Positions 31,175-41,719 of a DNA stretch of 64,000 bases are shown here, piece after piece (position 1 is the first letter of the stretch; each line of letters opens with the position of its first letter). The stretch lies in the NCBI GenBank assembly GCA_963663545.1, contig OY760505.1, forward strand, positions 3,552,001 to 3,616,000, written 5' to 3'. Source of the stretch: Candidatus Delongbacteria bacterium (GTDB taxonomy: Bacteria > CAIWAD01). Position numbers and translations under genes: made by a program. The notes beneath the pieces are model-generated. The model searched no databases, was not told the DNA's origin, and saw nothing but the letters and a program-made list of their open reading frames with translations.

Positions 31175-32164
31175 ATGAAACAACGTGTAGTACTGGCTTT
31201 TGCCCTGGCATTGCCGGGATTCCTGGCGGCAGCCCAGCTTGCCGATGCAGGTGCAAACGGGAACGGCCTTCAGCGCCAGGACCTCGGCGCGCGTGTGCAG
31301 AGCGTGCTGTGGAGCGAGAGTTTTGAGAACGGAGCTGTGGGCGCCAACGCGGCTGGCTGGGTCGACCATTGGAGCTCCGGCGGCGTGCGCATCGAGAACA
31401 CCCTCGTCAGCGGTGGTCAACAAGGCGCGCTGGTGCAGGGCAACGGCGGCAACTGCCGCGGCGCGTCCTATCCGGGCAGCCTCTTTGAGCAGGACGTGCT
31501 GATTCAGTTCGACGTCTATCTGCCCACCAACTACGCCAATTCCGCACCCACGCTCTTTGGCTACGCGGGCATCAGCCACTACTTCTATTGCGAAGGCAGC
31601 ACTTATTCCTACACGCACAACGGCGAGCAGCTGCTGAGCGGCATCACGCCCCTTAGCTGGCACCACATTTCCATGCGCGTCGATTGGGACGATGCCGTCT
31701 TTTCCATCGCGCTGGATCAGGAGCCCTACAGCGCGTGGGTGGCTTTCACGCCCAACGTTTCCGGCGGCTGGGGCAGTGACTTCTCGCTGTACGGACAGCA
31801 TCAGCAGGGTTCGCCGCCCAACAATTATGGCTACTACGATGAGATCAGCATCAGCGCCGCCAATTGGGACGAGGACGTCGCCGAGGCCGACGAGCAGCCT
31901 GCCGCTTTCAGCCTGCTGAAGGCCTATCCGAATCCCTTCAACCCGACGACCATGCTGGCCTTCGAGCTTCCCGAGACCGCCGAAGTGCGCCTGGCCATCT
32001 ATGATCTGGCCGGACGCGAAGTGGCTGTGCTGGCCGATGGACTCGTGGAGCACGGACGCCGGGAGTTCCAGTGGCAGGCCGGCAATGCGGCCAGCGGAAT
32101 CTATCTGGCTGTGCTGCGTCACGAGGCGGGCTGTGAGACTCAGCGCTTGCTGCTGCTGAAATAG
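31175..32164 (+). CDS. Secreted protein with C-terminal T9SS type A / FlgD-Ig sorting domain
   Basis: Signal peptide; AYPNPFNPTT..IYDLAGREV..ASGIYL..LLLLK. Confidence 0.88.
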   Translation: MKQRVVLAFALALPGFLAAAQLADAGANGNGLQRQDLGARVQSVLWSESFENGAVGANAAGWVDHWSSGGVRIENTLVSGGQQGALVQGNGGNCRGASYPGSLFEQDVLIQFDVYLPTNYANSAPTLFGYAGISHYFYCEGSTYSYTHNGEQLLSGITPLSWHHISMRVDWDDAVFSIALDQEPYSAWVAFTPNVSGGWGSDFSLYGQHQQGSPPNNYGYYDEISISAANWDEDVAEADEQPAAFSLLKAYPNPFNPTTMLAFELPETAEVRLAIYDLAGREVAVLADGLVEHGRREFQWQAGNAASGIYLAVLRHEAGCETQRLLLLK

Positions 32165-32574
32165 CGCCCAAGGCTCCCGCACGCTTCGGCGTGATCATTG
32201 AATCATTAATACCCCGGTGCTCGCGAGAACGCCGGGGTACTCTACTGTATCGGACTGGTATGTGTCACCGGGACTATAGCACCTGCTGGACCAAGGGTTA
32301 GACAGCGTCTCTTTGCCGATGGAGGTTTTTCTCATAGCAGCAGATCAAGTGTACACTTTATGGACGTGTGCTGGCACCGAAGCGGATAGCGCACATGGAT
32401 ACCAGCTATTCCTGAAGCGTGGCCTCGTCGAGGTGTTTCGAGCGTAGCTTGAAGCACACCGATACCGATACCGATCGCGGGTCGACTCTTTTCATGGACA
32501 ATCTTCAGAGCTGAGTTCGCAGAAGAGAAGGAGCAGCCAGCTGGAGATTGTCGGCTTGCTTCCGAGTTGCGACT

Positions 32575-32630
32575 CCGATACCGATACCGATACCGATCCG
32601 ACTTCGCAGAAGTCGGCAGCGATAGCGATG
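32575..32630 (+). repeat. (CCGATA)n repeat with hairpin, second copy
   Basis: CCGACTTCGCAGAAGTCGG 32598-32616; shorter tract also at ~32458-32475. Confidence 0.65.
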
Positions 32631-32737
32631 GAAGAAAGGCGTCTTTTAGCTGTCAAAGTTTGACGCTCCCCTGTCAACACTTTAACTTAATTGCTTGCTT
32701 GGACGGATCACTGAGAATCACTCCAAACGGGTAGCTC

Positions 32738-34093
32738 ATGGGAAAATTAAGCTTCCACGGGGGCGTTCATCCCCCGGAGGAAAAGGAACTCACCGAAGGC
32801 CTGGCCCTTGAGGTCATGCCTGATCCCGCGCAAGTCTTCGTACCGCTGGCTCAACATCTGGGGAAACCCGCCAAGGTGCTGGTCAAGAAGGGCGACTTTG
32901 TGCGGCAGGGTCAGCTGCTGGCTGAGGCCGACGGATTCATTTCCGCGCCGGTCCACAGCCCGGTGACCGGAACCGTGGCCATGTTGCAGAACTCGCCTTT
33001 GGCGGGCGGCGGCAGTGGCCAGGTAATCGCCATCAAGCCCGGACCGCCCCCCGCTCCCAAAGTGGAGGAAGGGGAAGAGGCTCCACCTCTGCCGGACAGC
33101 AGTCCAATGCTGCTGCCCCCCCTCGATCCGGAGCAGGCCCCCGTGGCCGAGCTGCTGGAGCGCGTGCGTCAGGCGGGCATTGTCGGACAGGGCGGCGCCG
33201 CCTTCCCGACCGCGGTCAAGCTGAGCCCGCCGAAGGACAAGCCCATCGAGTGGCTGATCATCAACGGCTGCGAGTGCGAACCCTATCTCACCCGCGATTT
33301 CCGCCTGATGATCGAGCGCACGGCGGATCTGGCCCGCGGCATGAAGCTGCTAGCCCGCATCTGCGGCGCCAAGCGCATCGGCATCGGCATCGAGGGCAAC
33401 AAGCCTGAGGCCATCGCTGCCATGCGTGCCCAGGCGGGCATCGAGGTCTTCGAGCTGAAGACCAAGTACCCGCAGGGTGGTGAGAAGATGCTCATCGTCG
33501 CCGCCACGGGTCGCAAAGTGCCCGCGGGCGGACTGCCGATGGACGTCGGCTGCGTGATCCAAAACGTCGGTACTGCACTGGCCGCGCTGGACGCTGTGGT
33601 CAAAGGCGAGATGCCCCGTCAGGCGGCGCTGACCGTCAGCGGTCACGGCATCAAAAGGCCGCGCAACCTTTACGTCACCATTGGTACGCCGGTTCAGGAA
33701 GTCATCGACTTCTGCGGCGGAACCACCGATGACGCTTGTCGCGTGGTGCTCGGCGGCCCGATGATGGGACCCGCGGCCTATAGCCTCGAAGCGCCCATCG
33801 TCAAGGCTTCCTCCGGCATTCTGGTGCTCACGAATGACGAGGTCAAGGAGCCGGCGCAGAGCAACTGCCTGAAGTGCTGCAATTGCGTCTCCGTCTGTCC
33901 GCTGAGCCTGCTGCCCAGCCGTCTGGCACGACTGTCGCAGTTCGAGCGCTGGGAAGAGGCCCGTGACCTGGATGTGATGGTCTGCATGGAGTGCGGCACC
34001 TGCGCCTTCGCCTGCCCGGCCCACATTCCGCTGGTGCAGTGGCTGCGCCTGGCTAAAACCAACGTTCGCAAGCTTCCCCGCAACGAGGGCTGA
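32738..34093 (+). CDS. rnfC: Rnf complex subunit C
   Basis: FHGGVHP, GQGGAAFPT, NGCECEPYLT, KYPQGGEK, two CxxCxxCxxxCP motifs. Confidence 0.96.
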   Translation: MGKLSFHGGVHPPEEKELTEGLALEVMPDPAQVFVPLAQHLGKPAKVLVKKGDFVRQGQLLAEADGFISAPVHSPVTGTVAMLQNSPLAGGGSGQVIAIKPGPPPAPKVEEGEEAPPLPDSSPMLLPPLDPEQAPVAELLERVRQAGIVGQGGAAFPTAVKLSPPKDKPIEWLIINGCECEPYLTRDFRLMIERTADLARGMKLLARICGAKRIGIGIEGNKPEAIAAMRAQAGIEVFELKTKYPQGGEKMLIVAATGRKVPAGGLPMDVGCVIQNVGTALAALDAVVKGEMPRQAALTVSGHGIKRPRNLYVTIGTPVQEVIDFCGGTTDDACRVVLGGPMMGPAAYSLEAPIVKASSGILVLTNDEVKEPAQSNCLKCCNCVSVCPLSLLPSRLARLSQFERWEEARDLDVMVCMECGTCAFACPAHIPLVQWLRLAKTNVRKLPRNEG

Positions 34094-34095
34094 TC

Positions 34096-35106
34096 ATGAG
34101 ATACCCGCAACGGGCTCCCGAGGCCCCGGAATCTGCCTCGGGTCTGCTGCAGCTGACCACCTCGCCCCATTCGCACTCCAAGTGGAGCACTCCGCGAATC
34201 ATGTGGACGGTGGTGGCCTGCCTGCTGCCCAGTGTGCTGGCGGCCGTGTACTTCTTCGGCCCCGGCGTGCTGCTCCCCATTCTGGCCGCCGTCTTTGGCG
34301 CACTGCTCACCGAAGGCCTGACCAACAAGGTTCTGAAGAAGGGCTGCACCAACGGTGACGGCAGCGCGGCGCTGACCGGTCTGCTGCTGGGCCTGATTCT
34401 GCCTCCGGGCTTCCCGCTCTTTGGCGCCTTCCTGGGTGGCGTTGTCGCCATCGGTCTGGGCAAGGCGGTCTTTGGCGGACTGGGGCACAACATCTTCAAT
34501 CCCGCGCTGGTGGGACGCGCCTTTCTACAGGCCGCTTTCCCCGCTGGCATGACGGCCTGGGCCGCTTCGCTGACCAAGGTGACTTCGCTCGTGGACGGTA
34601 TTACCAGCGCCACTCCGCTGGGGTGGATGAAGTTCACGCCGGGTCTGCCCAAGACCGAGATCAACGGCATTCTGGGCAACATGTTCTTCGGCAACACCGG
34701 CGGCTGCATCGGCGAGACCAGCGCCCTGGCGATCCTCGTTGGCGGTCTGGTACTGGTGGTGCTGCGTCTGGCCAACTGGCGCATTGTCGGCAGCATGATC
34801 GCCTCCGGCCTGCTCTTCGGCGCGCTCTTTCACGCCACGGGAGCCAGCCAGCTGACCGCGCTGCATCATCTGCTGGCGGGCGGCTTCCTCTTTGGCGCAT
34901 TCTTCATGGCCACCGACATGGTCACCAGCCCCATCACCATGAAGGGCATGTACATCTACGGAGCTGGCATTGGCTTGATGACGGTGCTGATTCGCGTCTT
35001 CGGCGGACTTCCTGAAGGTGTGATGTTCTCGATTCTGCTGATGAACGCCACCGTTCCGCTGATCAATCGCTGGACCGTGCCCAAGGTCTTCGGAGGTGCC
35101 AAGTGA
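34096..35106 (+). CDS. rnfD: Rnf complex subunit D
   Basis: FGGLGHNIFNPALVGRAFL, TSATPL, GETSAL, FFMATDMVTSP. Confidence 0.96.
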   Translation: MRYPQRAPEAPESASGLLQLTTSPHSHSKWSTPRIMWTVVACLLPSVLAAVYFFGPGVLLPILAAVFGALLTEGLTNKVLKKGCTNGDGSAALTGLLLGLILPPGFPLFGAFLGGVVAIGLGKAVFGGLGHNIFNPALVGRAFLQAAFPAGMTAWAASLTKVTSLVDGITSATPLGWMKFTPGLPKTEINGILGNMFFGNTGGCIGETSALAILVGGLVLVVLRLANWRIVGSMIASGLLFGALFHATGASQLTALHHLLAGGFLFGAFFMATDMVTSPITMKGMYIYGAGIGLMTVLIRVFGGLPEGVMFSILLMNATVPLINRWTVPKVFGGAK

Positions 35107-35771
35107 AGACTACCATTCACATGCTGCTGACGCTGATCCTCATCGGTTGCGTTTCCGGCGGCGCACTCAGCCTGGTCGATGGCTGGGCCAGCCCGCTGAT
35201 TCAGCAGGGCAAAGAAAAAGCCAAGAACGAGGCCATCGGCTTCCTCGTCCCGGGGGACCGGGTGGAAGCGGTGCGCGAAGCCGCCGAAGGCGAGAGCTTC
35301 AGCGCCTGGAAGGTCTTTCAGGGCGAAGAGCTGCAGGGTTGGGTGTTGCGCAACAAGGGCACCGGCTTCCAGGATGTCGTCGATGTGATGATCGCCGTGG
35401 ATCCGCAGGGACGCGAGCTGCGCGGCCTGAAGGTGCTGAGCGATTCCGAGACCCCGGGCCTGGGAACCTGGATCCGCCTGGATCCGACCCACGCCGCCGC
35501 TTTGAGCGAGAGCGAGTCCCGCAGTCTACCCGAGCTGGCCAACGATCCCAAGTATTATCCGCTGCAGTATTTCGGCTACGGTGACGGTCAGCATCTGGCG
35601 GCCACCGGCGAGCTGAGTGTGGTCAAGGGCAAGCGACGCAATGATCTGGGACCGAGCGAGGTGCAGGCCATTACCGCCGCCACCATCTCTTCGCGCTCTG
35701 TCGTGGAGATCGTCAACGATGCCCTCAGACAATTGAGGCCGCTGCTGGCCGAGGGAGGCCGCCATGAGTAA
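35103..35771 (+). CDS. rnfG: Rnf complex subunit G (FMN-binding)
   Basis: ETPGLG, ITAATISS; position in operon. Confidence 0.88.
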   Translation: MKTTIHMLLTLILIGCVSGGALSLVDGWASPLIQQGKEKAKNEAIGFLVPGDRVEAVREAAEGESFSAWKVFQGEELQGWVLRNKGTGFQDVVDVMIAVDPQGRELRGLKVLSDSETPGLGTWIRLDPTHAAALSESESRSLPELANDPKYYPLQYFGYGDGQHLAATGELSVVKGKRRNDLGPSEVQAITAATISSRSVVEIVNDALRQLRPLLAEGGRHE

Positions 35772-36417
35772 CAAGAAGCAGGTTAGCCTGTGGACCGAAT
35801 TCGCCAAGGGCCTGTGGGAGCAGAATCCTTCCTTTGTCCAGCTCCTGGGCTTGTGTCCCACGCTGGCGGTGACCACTTCGGCGGTCAACGGCGTCGGCAT
35901 GGGTAGCGCGACCACCTTCGTGCTCATCTGCGCCAGCCTGATGATCTCCCTCATCCGCAAGGCCATTCCCAGCCAGGTGCGTATCGCCAGCTACATCGTG
36001 GTGATCGCCACCTTCGTGACCATCGTGGATCTGACCATGAAGGCCAAGTTCCCGGCCCTGAGCCAGAGCCTGGGCGCTTTCATTCCGCTGATCGTGGTGA
36101 ACTGCATCATCCTGGGTCGCCAGGAGGCCTTTGCCGCCAAGAACAATCCGCTGCGCAGCATCATTGACGCCGTCGGCATGGGCCTGGGCTTCACCATGAC
36201 CCTGACCGTGCTGGGCGCCATTCGCGAATTGTTGGGCAACGGCACGGTTTTCGGCGTGCAGTTGATGCCTTCCTTCTTCGAGCCCTGGATCGTCATGATT
36301 CTGCCCGCGGGCGCTTTCCTGACTCTGGGCCTGATGCTGGGAAGCGTCAACATTATTACCCGCAAGCGTGAGCTGGCGGCCAAACAGGCGCAGCTGAATG
36401 CTGCCCGGGAGGCCTAG
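35764..36417 (+). CDS. rnfE: Rnf complex subunit E
   Basis: LLGLCPTLAVTT, IPLIVVNCIILGR. Confidence 0.95.
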   Translation: MSNKKQVSLWTEFAKGLWEQNPSFVQLLGLCPTLAVTTSAVNGVGMGSATTFVLICASLMISLIRKAIPSQVRIASYIVVIATFVTIVDLTMKAKFPALSQSLGAFIPLIVVNCIILGRQEAFAAKNNPLRSIIDAVGMGLGFTMTLTVLGAIRELLGNGTVFGVQLMPSFFEPWIVMILPAGAFLTLGLMLGSVNIITRKRELAAKQAQLNAAREA

Positions 36418-36419
36418 GC

Positions 36420-36998
36420 ATGGAACTCTTCGGCATCTTTTTAGCCGCCGCGCTGATCAACAACTTTGTCCTCATCCAGTTTCTGGGCATCTGTCCTTTC
36501 GTGGGTGTATCGGGCAAGGTGTCCAGCGCAAGCTCCATGGGCATGGCTACCACCTTCGTGATGACCATGGCCGCCATGGTGACCTGGCTGATTCAGCACT
36601 ATCTGTTGAATCCCTACCATCTGGAATTCCTGCAGACGGTGGCCTTCATTCTGGTCATCGCCGCGCTGGTGCAGTTTGTGGAAATGGTCATCAAGAAGGT
36701 GTCCACGCCGCTTTACCGCGCGCTAGGCATTTTCCTGCCGCTGATCACCACCAACTGCGCGATCATGGGCCTTTGCCTGTTCGCCCAGATGAAATCCTAC
36801 ACCTTCCTGCAGTCGCTGATCTTCGCCATTGGTGCGGGCGCGGGCTTTACGCTGGCGCTGGTGCTGATGGCGGGCATTCGTGAAGAGCTGGAACTGGCCG
36901 ACGTACCCCGCAGCCTGCGCGGCGCGGGAATCACCATGATCGTTGCCGGCATCCTGGCATTGGCCTTTATGGGCTTTGCCGGCATGAAGATCGGTTGA
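36420..36998 (+). CDS. rnfA: Rnf complex subunit A
   Basis: NNFVLIQFLGICPF, LPLITTNCA. Confidence 0.95.
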   Translation: MELFGIFLAAALINNFVLIQFLGICPFVGVSGKVSSASSMGMATTFVMTMAAMVTWLIQHYLLNPYHLEFLQTVAFILVIAALVQFVEMVIKKVSTPLYRALGIFLPLITTNCAIMGLCLFAQMKSYTFLQSLIFAIGAGAGFTLALVLMAGIREELELADVPRSLRGAGITMIVAGILALAFMGFAGMKIG

Positions 36999-37018
36999 GC
37001 AACACCAAGGAGAATCGC

Positions 37019-37262
37019 ATGGATCGGCGAACCTTCCTCAAGCATAGTTTCTTCGGCGCCGCCGCTCTGGGCCTGGGCTTCAAGCTGGGTCTCGGCGACA
37101 TGCCCGCTGCCTTTGGCGCACAGCGCACCGTGCTGCACGCCTTCCTGCCCGCCGAGGGCAAGGACCTGACGCAAGCGGTCAAGGCCTATCTGGCCACGCT
37201 GCCCGCTGGCAGCCTTCCCGCACCCAATGTGAATGTGGCTCCGCGCTGGCGCGACGCTGTGC
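37019..37262 (+). CDS. Tat-signal protein, 5' part only (broken at junction)
   Basis: RBS AAGGAGA; MDRRTFLKHSFFGAAALGLG twin-arginine motif. Confidence 0.7.
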
Positions 37263-37550
37263 ATTGCCGAAGCGGCGATAATGGCGCGGCACCGGGGCGT
37301 AAATTTCCGGCTTGGCAATGATAGTATAGGGAAAAGGGCCATAGCCATAGCGGGAGCCCTTAGGACGTTTGCGTCCCTGTTGTTGCAGCCAGGGGCGACA
37401 GAAACGGTCGAGACAATCGATCACTGTCGGACGATAGCCGTATTGCTCTAAATAAGCGGCGAGCCAGTATAGCCCCAGCGGCTTTACCCACAAATCATAG
37501 GCCGTGAAATCATGGATATAGGGATTTATCAGAAGGATATCGGTTTTCAT
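37263..37550 (-). CDS. B12-binding/radical SAM protein, N-terminal part only (broken at junction)
   Basis: ILLINPYIHDFTAYDLWVKPLGLYWLAAYL..IDCLD. Confidence 0.7.
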
Positions 37551-37565
37551 AGTTACAGACAGCTA

Positions 37566-38825
37566 TCAGTCAAATTTAGCCTGAACTACTTTCAGCGCCA
37601 GGCCCGCCATCATTACCATGCCGGGAATCAGAGCCGAATCGTTGAAATCAAAGCAATCACTGTGCAAGCAGGGACATTCGCAGCCTTCCTGGAATAGCCC
37701 GAGGCGAAAATAACTACCCCGGACATTGTCGCGCAGATAATAGCTGAAGTCCTCACCGCCCATTGATGGTTGGGGCAGCCAGTGGACATTGTCTTTGCCC
37801 AATAGTTCTTCGCCGACTGCGGCGATGATTTGGGTGGCCTGGGGATCGTTGATGGTCGGAGGATAATTTTCAGTGACGCGAAAATCAACTCGGGCACCGA
37901 AAGCCTGAGCAATATGCTCGCTGATGCGCTGAATTTGCTCTAACTGCCAACTCTGATTTTCTTCGGTCAGTGCCCGTGAGGTTCCGGATAGCCGTACCAT
38001 TTCCGGGATAACATTGGATTGATTGGAAAGTACCTGATAACTACCCGGCAATCCGGCATCAAGGGGACGATTACCGCTTTCGACAATGGTGATCGAAATC
38101 ACATTGCTTTGTGTCGGCGGCGTCAGCCGGCTACGAATATTTTGCAGGGCAGTGATAATCGCGGCGGCGGCGACCACCGGATCGACGCTATAGTGCGGTG
38201 ACGCCGCATGCGCCGAGCGACCGATAATTTCGATAACAAAAGAGCTGGCGGCGACCATCATCGTGCCTTCGCGGATGCCGATGCTACCGCAGGGCAAATT
38301 CGGCCAACCATGCAGCGCGAAAATCCAATTGACGTCGGGCTGTTGCAACACCCCTTCTTGCACCATCGCCCAGCCCCCGGCGCCCCCCTCTTCGCCTGGC
38401 TGGAAAATCAGCTTGATCGTCCCGGAGAAACGATCGCGCAACTGGGCCAGGATCTCGGCTACCCCAAGTAAAATAGCCGTATGGCCGTCATGGCCGCATG
38501 CATGCATACAACCGCTGATTTTCGAGGCATAGGGACATTGCTTTTTTTCGGTTTTTTGTAATGCATCCATATCCGCCCGTAAAGCCACGATAACTTGCGG
38601 CCCATCGCCGGCATTTCCCTGAATAATCCCGACGACGCCGGTTTTGGCGATTTTGGTCTTTTTTTCATGAGCAATGCCCAGGGCTTCCAGGCGTTGACTG
38701 ACCAACTGAGAAGTCAATATTTCGCGATAGGCCAGTTCGGGATATTGATGGAGGCGCTGCCGCAGCTCTTTTATTTTAACGGATATCTGTTGAGCCTGTT
38801 GGAACAGGTATTGCTTTTGCATCAT
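37566..38825 (-). CDS. M20D amidohydrolase
   Basis: LHQYPEL, LRADMDAL, MHACGHDGH, FQPGEEG, GGEDFS. Confidence 0.93.
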   Translation of the reverse strand: MMQKQYLFQQAQQISVKIKELRQRLHQYPELAYREILTSQLVSQRLEALGIAHEKKTKIAKTGVVGIIQGNAGDGPQVIVALRADMDALQKTEKKQCPYASKISGCMHACGHDGHTAILLGVAEILAQLRDRFSGTIKLIFQPGEEGGAGGWAMVQEGVLQQPDVNWIFALHGWPNLPCGSIGIREGTMMVAASSFVIEIIGRSAHAASPHYSVDPVVAAAAIITALQNIRSRLTPPTQSNVISITIVESGNRPLDAGLPGSYQVLSNQSNVIPEMVRLSGTSRALTEENQSWQLEQIQRISEHIAQAFGARVDFRVTENYPPTINDPQATQIIAAVGEELLGKDNVHWLPQPSMGGEDFSYYLRDNVRGSYFRLGLFQEGCECPCLHSDCFDFNDSALIPGMVMMAGLALKVVQAKFD

Positions 38826-39109
38826 GATGTTTTCCTGAAGTTTATGTCTGACCGGACCGCATCCGGCGGTCGCTATTACCAAAACACTAATAATATATGA
38901 CAAAACCACGGTTTTGACAACAACAATAAAAAAAAAACATAAGATCACCAAAAAATTTATGAACTGGCAATCAGGTTGTGGTATAATTTCTTGCCCATGT
39001 CATTACGTTCCTTTTCTTACTTTTCTATAGTTTCCTGCGGCCCAGCTTTGTTGGGCCGACCAAACGTGGTTGACGAAATTAATTCCGGCGCCTAAAGGCA
39101 GGAGTTTCC

Positions 39110-40737
39110 ATGCAGAAAAATTCTATGAAAATACTGATTTACTTAATTTGTTTGCTATCACTATCAGGTTTGCTTCAATCCCAAAATACGCCGCCGCTAA
39201 CGGTTGCTTTACGCCAGCAACAGACCGAACCATTGCTGGTGATCGAAGTTCAGATCAAAATGACGCCGCAGGTGCATATCTATACTTCCCCGGGCCGCTT
39301 TTTTGCCATTGAAGAAAGCGCCAGTTCCGGACTGGGGAAAATGCAGTTAGAATTGCCGGCGCCGGAAAAATGTCAGGATATCGACGGCACTATTGTCGAT
39401 ACCTATTCTGGCACCAAAACCCTGCGCATCAAACGCGCTTACGCCGGTAAAGTCGGCACCAGGTGGAGCTTTTCCGGCTATATCCAATATCAGGCCTGCG
39501 ACGCCGCAGTATGTTACCCGCCGACCAAAAAAGAATTCAGCTTTCACGGCCTGATCCCAGCCGGCGCTCGTACCAGTGTTGCGACCACCACTACGACCCC
39601 GTCGCCAACAAAAAAGCCGAAAACAGTAGCCGCGGCATCAGGGCAATGGCAAAAGGATGCTGCCCATTTCACTATTGCCGGCAGCGGCAGTGGCTACATG
39701 AATAGTGCCAAATTTTTGGAATTTCTGGACAAGGCCGAAAGCGGCAAAGCCCAATCGTCCGTAGATAGCCTGGCGAGCCAGGCCATCTGGGCGGTGATCG
39801 CTATCGTGTTGTTTGGCGGCCTGATGCTCAATTTAACTCCGTGCGTGCTGCCGATCATCCCGATCAATTTGGCGATTATCGGCGCCGGCGCCCAGGCAGG
39901 ATCACGGCTTCGTGGCTTTCTGCTCGGCGGAATCTATGGATTGGGCATGGCTTTGGCCTATGGAATTCTGGGCGTAGTGGTGGTATTGACCGGATCGACT
40001 TTCGGCGCTCTCAATGCCAGTCCCTGGTTTAATTTAGCGATTGCCGTGCTTTTTGTGGTTTTAGCCCTGGGGATGTTCGACATTATCCAGATCGATTTCA
40101 GCAAATGGCGCAAAGGCAAAAAAGGCACCAAAAGGGCAGCTTCATCGTCGCTTTTTTTATGGGCGTAGTTGCTGCCCTCCTGGCCGGCGCCTGTGTGGCA
40201 CCGGTGCTGATTTCGGTATTGTTGTATAGCAGCCAGCTTTATAGCGCCGGTAACCAGTTCGGGCTGTTGCTCCCCTTTTTGTTGGGGGTAGGCATGGCCT
40301 TGCCGTGGCCGTTCGCCGGCGCCAGTCTGTCATTTCTACCCAAACCCGGCGGCTGGATGGTCAAAATCAAATATGGCTTTGGGATTTTTATCCTGCTTTT
40401 GGCTTTTTATTACGGCTATGAAGGGGTAAAGCTATTGCAGCCACAGAAGTTGGAAGGCACGCATAAAGGCTGGCAGACTTCGCTGGATGCCGGATTGGCA
40501 CAGGCTCGCCGGGAAAATAAACCGGTGTTCATCGATTTTTGGGCAAGTTGGTGCAAAAACTGCCTGGTCATGGATAACACGACGTTAGCAAATTCGCAAG
40601 TGGAAAAGCGCCTACAAAAATACGTCAAAATCAAATATCAGGCCGAAAAACCTGACGCCATGCCGCATCAGGCGGTTCTCAAGTATTTCAATGCCCATGG
40701 TCTGCCCACCTATATAATTCTCAAACCGCGCCAATAG
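39110..40737 (+). pseudogene. dsbD: DsbD-family thiol:disulfide interchange protein split by a frameshift near 40120-40135
   Basis: Frame 1: YQACD..CYPP and LTPCVLP; frame 2: GACVAPVL and thioredoxin WASWCKNC. Confidence 0.85.
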
Positions 40738-40781
40738 TCGCCTTCCTAAGGAGCCGGAGGTTTCCGGCGCAAGGAGATATC

Positions 40782-41705
40782 ATGAATGCCTATGTTGATC
40801 CCCACTTCTATCATTTCCTTGCCGAAGGGAATATCATTTGCGGAATGAAAGCTGACACCAGTTTGCAGGCAATCGAGCAACTGGCACAGCGGCTGTGCCA
40901 TAACACTGCGGGGTTGAATAAAGATAAAATTATCCAGGAAGTTTTGGCTCGTGAAGAAATGATGCCAACGGTAATCGCTTCTGGGCTGGCGGTACCCCAT
41001 GCCCGAATGGCGGAAGTGGATAAGCTGCTCATTGCCCTGGCGACATCTACAGACGGCGTAGACTTTCATTGTCCTGATATGCCTCTGGTAAAGGTAATGG
41101 TGCTAATCTTGACTCCCAACGATGATCCGGGGTTGCATTTGCAGGTGCTCACGGCCCTGGCCAAAGATTTTCAGAACCAGGAAACTATCGATCAGGTGGC
41201 GGCACTAAAAGAGCCGGCAGAAGTGATGGCCTATTTTACCAAAGCCGATGTTGAAATCCCCGATTATTTACAGGCCAAAGATGTCATGGTGGCCGCTCCG
41301 CTTACTTTGCTCGAAAGCGATACCCTGCATGCGACTATCGAAACTTTCGCGCTCAAGCATGTCCATGAAATTCCGGTTATCGACAATGACGGCGACCTGC
41401 GCGGCGTAGTTTCCCCAGAGGATATTCTGAAATTCAGCCTGACCGAACATATCCTATGGATGAACGATTTGACCCCGATTGCTCGTTTTCAGCCATTTGC
41501 CGAGATGCTCAAATCGGACCAGGAAACCAAGCTGGCCGATTTCATGCGCGAAAGTATGATCGTTGTCGAGGAAGAGGTTCCGGCGATTCAATTGGCGAAA
41601 CTGTTTCTGGTACACAAAGTCCAACAAATCCTGGTTACCCGTCAGGGGAAACTGGCTGGTGTAGTCAAGCTCCAGGATTTCGTCACCAAACTATTTTGGG
41701 AATAA
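40782..41705 (+). CDS. PTS EIIA(Ntr/Fru)-domain plus tandem CBS-domain protein
   Basis: ARE..PTVIASGLAVPHAR; AKDVM, IPVIDNDGDLRGVVS..D, GKLAGVV. Confidence 0.88.
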   Translation: MNAYVDPHFYHFLAEGNIICGMKADTSLQAIEQLAQRLCHNTAGLNKDKIIQEVLAREEMMPTVIASGLAVPHARMAEVDKLLIALATSTDGVDFHCPDMPLVKVMVLILTPNDDPGLHLQVLTALAKDFQNQETIDQVAALKEPAEVMAYFTKADVEIPDYLQAKDVMVAAPLTLLESDTLHATIETFALKHVHEIPVIDNDGDLRGVVSPEDILKFSLTEHILWMNDLTPIARFQPFAEMLKSDQETKLADFMRESMIVVEEEVPAIQLAKLFLVHKVQQILVTRQGKLAGVVKLQDFVTKLFWE

Positions 41706-41719
41706 ACCGCTAGTGGCCA

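Noticed and set aside
40110..40135. Programmed -1 frameshift in dsbD
   Set aside because: The A-run is phased AAA AAA GGC, not A AAA AAG; no stimulatory structure evident; simple indel more likely
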